Positions 25,585 to 32,873 of a stretch of 40,896 nt of DNA are shown piece after piece. Source of the stretch: a virus; the IMG/VR virus record IMGVR_UViG_3300025324_000004; one strand, 5' to 3'. Each line of letters begins with the position of its first letter. Within the stretch, counting starts at the first letter, position 1. Both the position numbers and the translations under genes were made by a program. Below the pieces are notes generated by a model that worked only from the letters and a program-made list of their open reading frames with translations, searched no databases and was not told where the DNA came from.

Positions 25585-25604
25585 CAGCTTGTTCTTTAAC
25601 CAAT

Positions 25605-25799
25605 TTATTCAGACTGGCTAGGTATGTTTGGTTCATTTTCCCCTTTCAAAATCAATGCCAGATTGTTTAATGCCTCCGCTATGATAACCGCCACCGCTAC
25701 CACTACAATCTGATTCCTCTCCTTGTCCGTCATTTCAAACGATTCCCCCAACGCGTCCCTCAATAAATCCTGCGCCACTCTTACCGGATTTCCTACCAT
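25605..25799 (-). CDS. Hypothetical protein (64 aa)
   Basis: ORF in the co-directional operon. Confidence 0.4.
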   Translation of the reverse strand: MVGNPVRVAQDLLRDALGESFEMTDKERNQIVVVAVAVIIAEALNNLALILKGENEPNIPSQSE

Positions 25800-25812
25800 C
25801 TGTACTCCCTCT

Positions 25813-26085
25813 TTATTCAGCGCCCTCTAAAAATTCAACGTCACCATCCGAACTCTCTGTGTATACCCTCAACCACGTTGTTGCCGTCTCTTTCAGCGGA
25901 ATAGATACTTCAAAAGATTGGCTGCTTGCCGAAACAGCGATGTTTTTTAGAATTTCATTGTCTAATGGGACATCTTTCGGCCACCAAACGGATACCAACA
26001 ACGGCAACTGCATCACAACTCGAACTTCTCCCATACTCTCCATCCTTATTTGGGGTTGCGATCTGGCAGGGTTTGATACCTGCAA
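25813..26085 (-). CDS. Hypothetical protein (90 aa; TTG start uncertain)
   Basis: ORF in the co-directional operon. Confidence 0.4.
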   Translation of the reverse strand: MQVSNPARSQPQIRMESMGEVRVVMQLPLLVSVWWPKDVPLDNEILKNIAVSASSQSFEVSIPLKETATTWLRVYTESSDGDVEFLEGAE

Positions 26086-26187
26086 CGCGCCGAGCTTAGT
26101 CAGTCCCCAGGCAGAGCCTGCACTTCGTCATCGGCACCGCCCATCAGTTGGGTGCATGTCCTATCCACGCGGCAGACCGCTTCCCAC

Positions 26188-26457
26188 TTATTTCTTCAAA
26201 TCCTCGATTTCCGCGAGCGCATTTTCCGCCAAATCTTGCATCCGCTGTCCTTCAATCAGCAGCTTTTCATAATTAACGAAATCGCCAACCAGTCTTGGCT
26301 CAACAATTTCCCTCAATGCATCCAACGCAATCTGTTCTCGCTTTTCAGAAAAGGTAAGCTGTCCTTCCAAGTCTTCAATTTCACAATGAGGGCATTGCCG
26401 CCGCTGATGACCATGTTCACAGGCTAAATGCGCGTTCTGAATTGTAATCTCACTCAC
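26188..26457 (-). CDS. Zinc-finger-like (CEHGH..CPHC) plus coiled-coil protein (89 aa)
   Basis: GTG start with AGGAGG 8 nt upstream. Confidence 0.5.
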   Translation of the reverse strand: MSEITIQNAHLACEHGHQRRQCPHCEIEDLEGQLTFSEKREQIALDALREIVEPRLVGDFVNYEKLLIEGQRMQDLAENALAEIEDLKK

Positions 26458-26460
26458 TAT

Positions 26461-26618
26461 TTAACCTCCTAAATCGGCCAGAGTATTGCAGTGGTTGGAA
26501 GCGACCCCTCATCGGCCAGGAGCGCGAATCGGGTGGCGCATCCTAGAGGGCTGCTTGTATGACTGGTCTGAGCAGTTCAAACGTCATACCCCGACTACCT
26601 TTTCCGATGAGAGGTTAA
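26461..26618 (-). promoter_or_regulatory. Structured 5' leader with two mutually exclusive helices, one of which sequesters the SD of the 26188..26457 gene
   Basis: Complementary segments were read directly; details are in the finding covering the same coordinates. Confidence 0.4.
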
Positions 26619-26809
26619 TCCTTGTACAAACTCGATAACCCAACGTAAAGAAGACGCATTTGAGAGCGGGTTAGAAATATCCATCTACCGTGAGAGTCTA
26701 TAATTTCAAGCGACCAAACACCTTTAGGGTCATCTATATGATCTTCTCCCCAATCTGCTCTCGCCTCTTTTCCTAAACTCCATTTCTTTGCCGGTATCTT
26801 TCCAGCCAT
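26615..26809 (-). CDS. Hypothetical protein (64 aa)
   Basis: SD AAGGAGG lies upstream. The ATG directly follows the upstream stop. Confidence 0.5.
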   Translation of the reverse strand: MAGKIPAKKWSLGKEARADWGEDHIDDPKGVWSLEIIDSHGRWIFLTRSQMRLLYVGLSSLYKD

Positions 26810-26989
26810 CTAGGCCTCCTTAGGCAAATACTTCTTCAATTCAGATTTGTTGGTGCCATATTTTCCAATGATCACAGCCTTTTCGTTCTCGGCGAAAGAG
26901 ACCAGCTCTTCCTCAATGAACCGCCTAACAATGAAGTCGGTGCTTGCGTGCATCGGCTTATCTATATTCATGTACACAATCTTCTCCAT
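26810..26989 (-). CDS. Hypothetical protein (59 aa, below the track cutoff)
   Basis: ATG 26989 is preceded by GGAGA. It translates to MEKIVYMNIDKPMH...KKYLPKEA and fills the gap exactly. Confidence 0.45.
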   Translation of the reverse strand: MEKIVYMNIDKPMHASTDFIVRRFIEEELVSFAENEKAVIIGKYGTNKSELKKYLPKEA

Positions 26990-26990
26990 G

Positions 26991-27260
26991 TTATCTCCTC
27001 AGACGATTAAAAAATTTTACCGCACCAGTCCATACAAACGTCCATGATTCTTTACAATACTCGCTAAATGTTAATCCGGAATACACAATAAAAAATCTGA
27101 TAAACCATACCAAAAAAATGAATAACGATATGAAAACAATTATGGGAACCAGTATATTTTCCGATGTATCTTCTTCAATCCATTGATGACCGCATTTAGG
27201 ACAATTCGTATAATCGTTTTTCTGATTGTATGGAATAATGATCGGCATAAAAAAATTCAT
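26991..27260 (-). CDS. Small membrane protein with a CPKCG zinc-ribbon half-site (89 aa)
   Basis: ATGA coupling to the upstream micro-ORF. The TM segment is ILVPIIVFISLFIFLVWFIRFF. Confidence 0.5.
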   Translation of the reverse strand: MNFFMPIIIPYNQKNDYTNCPKCGHQWIEEDTSENILVPIIVFISLFIFLVWFIRFFIVYSGLTFSEYCKESWTFVWTGAVKFFNRLRR

Positions 27261-27430
27261 TTTCTTTTTCGTTTGTAAACAATCCGCCCTTTGTCACAAC
27301 AAGAACATTGCCCGCAATGGCAATATGGGTGGTTCGCCCGACAAGCTGCACAAATCACATGCGCTCCACAACAGCGGCACCAACCACAATGGCCTTCTAA
27401 TCGACGGCATTGATCACATGGGCTATACAT
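27257..27430 (-). CDS. Cys-rich 57-aa protein (13 Cys; below the track cutoff)
   Basis: My own translation is MYSPCDQCRRLEGHCGWCRCCGAHVICAACRANHPYCHCGQCSCCDKGRIVYKRKRK. ATGA overlap with the next gene. Confidence 0.45.
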   Translation of the reverse strand: MYSPCDQCRRLEGHCGWCRCCGAHVICAACRANHPYCHCGQCSCCDKGRIVYKRKRK

Positions 27431-27504
27431 TATTTAATCACCCCTTAGCACACTCCGGGCAGGTGTGTTCCCACTCTCCCCCTGATTTTGAGATGCGCCA
27501 ATTA

Positions 27505-27639
27505 TCATCTTTTGCCTCCTGGATGAAATCGCTGAATGACGAATCTTCGTCTCCACAGGTCTTTGACAATTTCTGATAAGACGATTAGATGAATTTTCAG
27601 TTCAAGAGTTTCTAGGTGAAGGTGTTCAATGTCAATCAT
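27505..27639 (-). CDS. Hypothetical 44-aa protein
   Basis: TAATG overlap with the stop of the 389-aa gene. The track ORF 27505..27696 was shortened to the coupled ATG. Confidence 0.35.
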   Translation of the reverse strand: MIDIEHLHLETLELKIHLIVLSEIVKDLWRRRFVIQRFHPGGKR

Positions 27640-28808
27640 TAGGTCAACACCTTTGGATAACGTCTCACGGATTTTGCCGATTTCGGCCAAACACAAACAT
27701 CTCCCTGTTGGAACCAGGAATCTCCTGTTTCGTCGTTAATTGGGAGTGCCTGTAATTGTGGTGGTTTCCTGGCGTGTAATGCCTGTTCAACGGTTTCACA
27801 TTCATTTGGCACACCTTCAACATGCCAAATGCCGACAGATGGATTTTTCATCTTGAGATAACGGCATTGTTGGTCATTTAAGGCAACACTCAGCAATTCA
27901 TAATCACCTTGTCTGTTTAGGACATTCGCTCCGGACAATTGAATAAATCGCTCAATTCCAATTTTTCTAATCAATGCTGCTCTCTGTTCCGCATTTTTGA
28001 GACTGAAAATCTGATCTTTAGTGATTTCTTGCGTTTTAGTCAGAACTGCCCATTCAGGCAAACGAACTCCCCAGAGAGCGTAAATCCCCCATCCATCCGG
28101 ATAAGCTAAAGCCATGGCACCTTCTTCATGCAACCGCCCTTGGGCATCTTTATGGATAACTTCAGGCCGTTCACAAACGATAGCAAATTCGTTAAGTGCC
28201 CAAATCGGCCCAGATTCAGTAAGGACTTTTAATTCATCATAAAACGGGACTGAAATGTTAACTCCGATATTTTTCATCGATTCGAAATAAGACCACCAGC
28301 TTGCTTCGAAACTACCAAATAGATAAGGCCAAATAAAATAACCACCATACAAGTCAACCTTCCCCTCAACCTGCTGCCTAACCTGCTGCTCAACCTGCTG
28401 CTCAACCTGCTGCTCAACCTGCTGCCACATCTGTTGCCACACCTGCTGTATAACCTGCTGCTCAACCTGCTGCTCAACCTGCTGCTCAACCTGCTGCCTA
28501 ACCTGCTGCATAACCTGCTGCATAACCTGCTGATCAACCTTCGGCACAACCTGCTGCCACACTTGCTGCCTAACCTGCTGCAACGAATTACAAAATAACG
28601 TTGCCCTCCATGCCTGTATCGGCGAATCCATAAAAATTACAGCCTTTAAATTTTTACGATTTAAAAACGATGGATAAATTTTCCTCAGTGTCTGTTCGAT
28701 TAATTTTTTATCTAACGGTTCGGTACAAAGTCCTCTTTTTATCCAAAAATCTGCCGTTTCCTTCAGAATTTGTAGATGACTTTTAGTGAGTCTGGTTATT
28801 TTAGTCAT
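27639..28808 (-). CDS. Protein with a central (QQVx)18 repeat and a conserved-looking C-terminal domain (389 aa); I recall DUF6745-type proteins looking like this
   Basis: Long ORF. The C-terminal part reads CERPEVIHKDAQGRLHEEGAMALAYPDGWGIYALWGVRLPEW. The family assignment is from memory only. Confidence 0.65.
   Translation of the reverse strand: MTKITRLTKSHLQILKETADFWIKRGLCTEPLDKKLIEQTLRKIYPSFLNRKNLKAVIFMDSPIQAWRATLFCNSLQQVRQQVWQQVVPKVDQQVMQQVMQQVRQQVEQQVEQQVEQQVIQQVWQQMWQQVEQQVEQQVEQQVRQQVEGKVDLYGGYFIWPYLFGSFEASWWSYFESMKNIGVNISVPFYDELKVLTESGPIWALNEFAIVCERPEVIHKDAQGRLHEEGAMALAYPDGWGIYALWGVRLPEWAVLTKTQEITKDQIFSLKNAEQRAALIRKIGIERFIQLSGANVLNRQGDYELLSVALNDQQCRYLKMKNPSVGIWHVEGVPNECETVEQALHARKPPQLQALPINDETGDSWFQQGDVCVWPKSAKSVRRYPKVLT
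28367..28584. repeat. About 18 tandem 12-bp units (consensus caacctgctgct on the plus strand) inside the 389-aa gene
   Basis: Read directly. The repeat is in frame and encodes QQVE/QQVR/QQVW/QQVM units. Confidence 0.95.
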
Positions 28809-28817
28809 TTCTAATCA

Positions 28818-29063
28818 TCAATCGTTCACTACGATTAGTTGATTTTCCAGATGATCAAATTCCATCACTCTACCGCTCACCCATTCCCCAACTGGGATTT
28901 CTAATGCTTTGTGTTCTTCATGAGTGATTGTAGTTGCTCCTTCAAATTCAAGTAAATTGTCACTACCTTCAAAAACGTCCACATCTACACGATGAGCATG
29001 ACCCGTAACTTCTCCATAAGCCAACACGTTCTCTTTCGTCTTTTTTCTTTTCACGGTTCCCAT
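28818..29063 (-). CDS. Hypothetical protein with GEVTGHAH and HEEH motifs (81 aa)
   Basis: SD GGGGA lies upstream. This motif pair recurs in small phage proteins of unknown function (from memory). Confidence 0.5.
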   Translation of the reverse strand: MGTVKRKKTKENVLAYGEVTGHAHRVDVDVFEGSDNLLEFEGATTITHEEHKALEIPVGEWVSGRVMEFDHLENQLIVVND

Positions 29064-29160
29064 TCCCCAATTTCTCGTTTGAGACGTTTAATCCACTGCG
29101 CCATTCGCTCAATCCTGCGGCGGAAGATGATCCGTAATATCCAATTCCACAGAGCACAGC

Positions 29161-29412
29161 TCATTTGAAAGATGAAATGAATTCATACAGTTTTGACATT
29201 TGCCCTCTAGAAATGCCCTTGACTGAAATAGGAAGCCTGGCCTCACCCACAAAACAAAATGCGCCATGGGCGCCGTCGATAGTAGGCGATTTGACAGTAG
29301 GAAAGGCTTTCGGGTTCCAGACAGCAAAGAGGCCGTTGCCTAAATGAACTGTCTTGCTTTCTACTTTGTATCTTTCTTCGGTGGTGAGTTTGTCCCAATT
29401 CGTTCTAGGCAT
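29161..29412 (-). CDS. Hypothetical protein (83 aa from ATG 29412)
   Basis: GGAGA lies 4 nt upstream of the internal ATG. The longer track ORF would overlap the upstream micro-ORF. Confidence 0.45.
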   Translation of the reverse strand: MPRTNWDKLTTEERYKVESKTVHLGNGLFAVWNPKAFPTVKSPTIDGAHGAFCFVGEARLPISVKGISRGQMSKLYEFISSFK

Positions 29413-29429
29413 GATGTCTCCTATCAGAG

Positions 29430-29540
29430 CTAGTCTAAACTGCAACCATTCGGGCATTTAACCGCATCATAGGTTTTGTCCGTTAATTCGTCATAGCCGA
29501 CACAATCCACCAATTCTGAGCCGCATTCAGGACAGTTCAT
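29430..29540 (-). CDS. 36-aa zinc-ribbon micro-protein (CPEC ... CPNGC)
   Basis: My own translation is MNCPECGSELVDCVGYDELTDKTYDAVKCPNGCSLD. ATGA overlap with the upstream micro-ORF. Confidence 0.4.
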   Translation of the reverse strand: MNCPECGSELVDCVGYDELTDKTYDAVKCPNGCSLD

Positions 29541-29677
29541 TTTTCTTCCTTTTGAGGTGGATAATAATCCTCCCATAACTGCGAATGCCATTTTCGCATT
29601 CGTCTAATGTCCCGTCGAAAAACCAAGAACAGAATGCCGATAAGGATCGAGAGCGCGGCGAGAAGGTAGAAGATCAC
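29537..29677 (-). CDS. 46-aa single-TM micro-protein (GTG start)
   Basis: GTGA overlap with the stop of 29674..29898. It translates to (M)IFYLLAALSILIGILFLVFRRD... Confidence 0.35.
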   Translation of the reverse strand: MIFYLLAALSILIGILFLVFRRDIRRMRKWHSQLWEDYYPPQKEEK

Positions 29678-29898
29678 AGGCCGTGTCTTTCTTCCAGGTG
29701 ACGGGCGATAAGATCATCGACATAATCCCAATAGGTGTATGGCCGTTTCCAGCCCCAACAATCGCATTGAGAGCAGTTGCGCCCGGCCATCGGGTAATCG
29801 TCTTTTTCTTGATCGTTTAGGTTTTCAGCTTCGACTGGCAGGACATGATCAAATGAAGCATGGCCGCAGGAACATGGACTGAGTAATGGATATCCCAT
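29674..29898 (-). CDS. Cys/His/Trp-rich hypothetical protein (74 aa)
   Basis: SD GGAGG lies upstream. It is the first gene after the 29940..29969 promoter. Confidence 0.5.
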   Translation of the reverse strand: MGYPLLSPCSCGHASFDHVLPVEAENLNDQEKDDYPMAGRNCSQCDCWGWKRPYTYWDYVDDLIARHLEERHGL

Positions 29899-29939
29899 AG
29901 TTATCCTCCAGGTTGCCTGCAGGCTGCAAGCGTGAGGTT

Positions 29940-29969
29940 AATTTACCACATTAAATGAACGATTGTCAA
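29940..29969 (-). promoter_or_regulatory. Sigma70-type promoter: TTGACA, 18-nt spacer, extended -10 TGgTAAATT
   Basis: Read on the minus strand as TTGACAATCGTTCATTTAATGTGGTAAATT. It lies immediately downstream of the OMP terminator. Confidence 0.5.
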
Positions 29970-29970
29970 C

Positions 29971-30012
29971 AAAAAAAGAAAGGCCCGATAGGATTTTCCT
30001 ACCGAGCCTTTC
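29971..30012 (-). terminator. Rho-independent terminator after the OMP gene
   Basis: The minus strand reads GAAAGGCTCGGTAGGAAAATCCTATCGGGCCTTTC followed by TTTTTTT. Confidence 0.8.
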
Positions 30013-30043
30013 CGTTTGATCACCATAACCCTGGAGAGAACAG

Positions 30044-30646
30044 TTAGAAGCGTAGCACCAGACCGGATGAGATGTCAATACTGTCGTTATCTGCATCCAC
30101 GTTCAGGCTGCCGATTTGGTACTGAGTGTCTGAGAAAATCACAGATGCGTCTGCGAACAATGCCAATTCCACACCTGTCCAAGACTGGCTTTCGTCCGAT
30201 GCCCCGTGAATCTGCCATTCGAACCCGACGCCGGCCAGATACCGAGCGCCGTTTTTCGCGTTTAGCGGAAGTCCCTGCACATCGGAATCGAGGTCAATGT
30301 CTCCGTATCCGATCCCGGCCAGCAGATACGGCTGGAGCTTCTTGTAATTAGGCAGCCCGGCATATTTTACGAGCAGATCGAGTGACGTTTGGCTTTGGTC
30401 GGCGATATCCGTCTTTGAAAACGGCGATTCAACTTCATGATTCGTGATTCCGAACCTCACACCGCCTTCCAGCCCGGCCACATCCGGCACAGTCGCAAAA
30501 ACCCCGACTTGGCCTCCGGCTCCAACCTGAACATAATCCGCATCCGGATTAGAGATTTTCATTCCCGCCTCTGCCGACAAATCCAAAGCGTAAGCAGGCG
30601 CAGTCACTACCAGAACCATCCCAAGCAACAGAAACAGCTTCCTCAT
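30044..30646 (-). CDS. Outer-membrane beta-barrel protein (small OMP_b-brl / OmpX-Ail-Lom-like), 200 aa
   Basis: Signal peptide MRKLFLLLGMVLVVTAPAYA/LD. It has alternating amphipathic strands, a PYLLAGIGYG motif and the C-terminal signature ...GLVLRF. Confidence 0.8.
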   Translation of the reverse strand: MRKLFLLLGMVLVVTAPAYALDLSAEAGMKISNPDADYVQVGAGGQVGVFATVPDVAGLEGGVRFGITNHEVESPFSKTDIADQSQTSLDLLVKYAGLPNYKKLQPYLLAGIGYGDIDLDSDVQGLPLNAKNGARYLAGVGFEWQIHGASDESQSWTGVELALFADASVIFSDTQYQIGSLNVDADNDSIDISSGLVLRF

Positions 30647-30779
30647 GAGGTACCCCCGTTTTTTGGCCTACAGGCCATTTCTTGGTTATAACCATTTCCT
30701 CTTGTAACACATCATTAAAATCGTTTCTATCCCTATTTCCGTTCGATCCTGGCCTATCTGGATCAGTTTAGCTGGTTAT

Positions 30780-31232
30780 CTAGCTTAATTTGGCTAATTC
30801 CGCCTTCAATTCGAGTTCAAGCGCTTCCAGATCACGCCCCTTACCGCTTCCATTGGCCCGAATCCTGAGTTCATCCAATGAACTCCGCTCAAAGACTGAT
30901 GAACCTATAATGTTTTTAGCCAAGTCCATTGCATAAATGGGATCGCGATGCCAACCGTAGAGGTGGTGGCGTAAACAGAGCGCGAATCCGTTAGCCAAAT
31001 CCCATCTTGTTGCGGGATGGGCGCCCCTGGAATAAATATGAGATGCTTGCAAAGAGGCTGTCTTGCCGCAGCCAGGCCATAGACATTTCCCATCTCGCTT
31101 ACGAATAACAAGGCTCCAGAGCTTGTCGAGATCCTTTCGGAGTCTTGCTCTTGCTCTTGTTTTTGTTGACTTTCCATTTTTGGCCCATCTCCTTAACCGA
31201 GTTCTACTTTTGAGAGGCTTCCGCCCTTTCAT
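30780..31232 (-). CDS. NinG/Rap-like protein (HNH-like Cys/His motif), 150 aa
   Basis: It has a basic N-terminus. The motif is CLWPGCGKTASLQASHIYSRGAHPATRWDLANGFALCLRHH, as in lambda NinG-family proteins (from memory). Confidence 0.55.
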   Translation of the reverse strand: MKGRKPLKSRTRLRRWAKNGKSTKTRARARLRKDLDKLWSLVIRKRDGKCLWPGCGKTASLQASHIYSRGAHPATRWDLANGFALCLRHHLYGWHRDPIYAMDLAKNIIGSSVFERSSLDELRIRANGSGKGRDLEALELELKAELAKLS

Positions 31233-31250
31233 CGAGCCGCGCCCGGAAGG

Positions 31251-31453
31251 TTATCCACAGGATAAACCATAGCAGCTAAATATCTTAACTTATTTGTCAA
31301 CATAGAAATAGGTATTTTACAAAAGTTATCCACAGGATAAATAGTTGCGAATAAAGCACTTAACATACTTATCCACAGGCAAAAAAGCCGTTTTTACAGA
31401 GTTATACACAGGATAACCCATTATCAATACAGCAGTTAAGGTAGTTATCCACA
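31251..31453 (+). repeat. Five iterons carrying DnaA-box sequence: TTATCCACA at 31251, 31326, 31369 and 31445; TTATACACA at 31402
   Basis: Read directly. All are in the same orientation and extend to TTATCCACAGG(A/C)(T/A)AA. Confidence 0.85.
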
Positions 31454-31546
31454 GGCAAGCTACTACTACTACTATTTATATCATTCAATATAAGAGAATT
31501 AGTTATTAGTAATAGTGCTAGGTAACTAGTAACTAAGTAATAAGTA
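31454..31546. other. AT-rich tract with (tac)n and repeated (t)agtaa(c/t)t motifs; candidate DNA-unwinding element of the origin
   Basis: It reads ctactactactactatttatatcattcaatataagagaattagttattagtaatagtgctaggtaactagtaactaagtaataagtatta. Confidence 0.5.
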
Positions 31547-31813
31547 TTATAGGAGCGTTGCATTATTTAGACATGTAGTGGATGGTGTGGAGGGTGTTGA
31601 GAATCTTAGACGCCAAACAGTGTGTTTGTCGCCGTTGACAATCTTTGAATCGCAGTCTATTTGCCAGCCTTCTTTTCTGAGGTCGGAAATTCGAGCGCGA
31701 TAACTTGCTCCTAATCCGGCATCGGTGAAATCACAGGTCAGAACAGGGCCGCATCTTAGAAGCCAAAGGACGAATTCTTTATCAGACCGGATAAAAGCAG
31801 GTCGGTAAATCAT
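31547..31813 (-). CDS. Small winged-helix-like DNA-binding protein (88 aa)
   Basis: The motif ASYRARISDLRKEGWQI ... HTVWRL is typical of wHTH phage proteins (from memory). It is adjacent to the origin. Confidence 0.45.
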   Translation of the reverse strand: MIYRPAFIRSDKEFVLWLLRCGPVLTCDFTDAGLGASYRARISDLRKEGWQIDCDSKIVNGDKHTVWRLRFSTPSTPSTTCLNNATLL

Positions 31814-31820
31814 TTGATTC

Positions 31821-32090
31821 TCATTTCACACGCCAGACACGAATTCCGCCGGGCATTCGTCGGGTTGTAATTTCCGTAGAGAGGTCGGCTTTGCAGCGCT
31901 TGCGCCTGAATGTGCCTAAAATAGAACGCTGTGTATGGCCGATATTCAGCTCGTCACAGGAAACGAAGAAAGAGTCCCCGACATTCATTTGTTCGATTCT
32001 AGGATATTTTCTGGGCCTTCCAGAGGATTTGCCGTTTTCAGGAACAGGGAAATCCACCTTGATTTTGTACGCTTCCCTTCTTTTCGGCAT
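31821..32090 (-). CDS. Hypothetical basic protein (89 aa)
   Basis: Operon ORF. It carries a KYPRIEQMNVGDSFFV ... IRVWRV pattern seen in small phage proteins. Confidence 0.5.
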   Translation of the reverse strand: MPKRREAYKIKVDFPVPENGKSSGRPRKYPRIEQMNVGDSFFVSCDELNIGHTQRSILGTFRRKRCKADLSTEITTRRMPGGIRVWRVK

Positions 32091-32098
32091 GTGTCTCC

Positions 32099-32434
32099 TT
32101 AAATGCTTCTAGTAACTTGAATGAACAGGCTCACGGCCACCGCTTGTCGTTCAGCGGGACCATAATAAATGACGACACTTGAGCCTGTATCGCATATCCT
32201 ATTGGCCGCTTTGAAACAAAGAGTCATCAGCAATTCGAATTTCTCAAGAGCGCCTCTGATATCCGCAGGCAAATGATCTTTCTGTCTCTCTTCCATTATC
32301 CCCCTGACCAATTTAATGACCCCAGGCTTGATTTCGGGGATGGTTTCGGGAAATGGTTTGTGCTCTGTCACAGGGGGTTTGTGCTCTGTCTCGGATCGGG
32401 AAGCGGGAAGCGGGGAGGCTTCAGAAGGGGGCAT
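32099..32434 (-). CDS. Hypothetical protein (111 aa from ATG 32434)
   Basis: GGAGGT lies 7 nt upstream of the internal ATG. It overlaps the upstream gene by 14 nt. Confidence 0.5.
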   Translation of the reverse strand: MPPSEASPLPASRSETEHKPPVTEHKPFPETIPEIKPGVIKLVRGIMEERQKDHLPADIRGALEKFELLMTLCFKAANRICDTGSSVVIYYGPAERQAVAVSLFIQVTRSI

Positions 32435-32873
32435 CGGTTTTAACCTCCGGTGAACCTGTAGACTCCAGGTCATCCAATAATTCAACTGTATAAAGCACAG
32501 GTTTCTTTGCGCCGAATCTTTGAATCCTGATCGCTTGTCCTTTGACTGGTCGCGCATTACAAAGGGCAAACAAAAGCGGTTTCGACGTTGAAGAAAGGAT
32601 CATCGGCTTGCTGTCTACAGTGATTTTGAAATTCGCTTGAATGCCGTATTTGCCGCTGCCTGTCTCATAACCCTGATAGACGCCCATAATCGGCTCATAT
32701 GTTTGGAGCCAACACAGCACTCTCTCGTTTTGTTCCGAATCCCAAGCGTCCTTTTTGACAAGTCGCGGCCTGCCGTCTTGTTCATAAACAGGCACCCACT
32801 TGAGGTATTTTCCTGTCCCGTTGCTTTGATTTTTAAATCCCATTGCCTTTCTTAACCCGTCCCAATCATCCAT
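32421..32873 (-). CDS. Hypothetical protein (150 aa)
   Basis: Operon ORF overlapping the upstream stop by 8 nt. Confidence 0.55.
   Translation of the reverse strand: MDDWDGLRKAMGFKNQSNGTGKYLKWVPVYEQDGRPRLVKKDAWDSEQNERVLCWLQTYEPIMGVYQGYETGSGKYGIQANFKITVDSKPMILSSTSKPLLFALCNARPVKGQAIRIQRFGAKKPVLYTVELLDDLESTGSPEVKTDAPF

Noticed and set aside
26505-26614. tRNA or tRNA-like cloverleaf (closing stem plus internal hairpins)
   Set aside because: The length is about 110 nt. There is no T-loop GTTCRA motif, no D-loop signature and no plausible anticodon arm. It is better explained as an mRNA leader structure.
28274-28549. Alternative-frame ORF (SRLCSRLCSRL...) within the 12-bp repeat tract
   Set aside because: It is an automatic by-product of the repeat staying open in another frame. 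The flanking sequence supports only the QQVx frame.
30016-30351. Plus-strand 111-aa ORF opposite the OMP gene
   Set aside because: It is Arg/Cys-rich and antisense to a gene with clear signal peptide, barrel periodicity and terminator.
31251-31453. Possible CRISPR-like mini-array (repeated 15-18-nt units with spacers)
   Set aside because: The repeats are only 9-18 nt and their spacing is irregular (75, 43, 33, 43 bp). The core is the exact DnaA-box consensus and no cas genes are present. It was interpreted as origin iterons.
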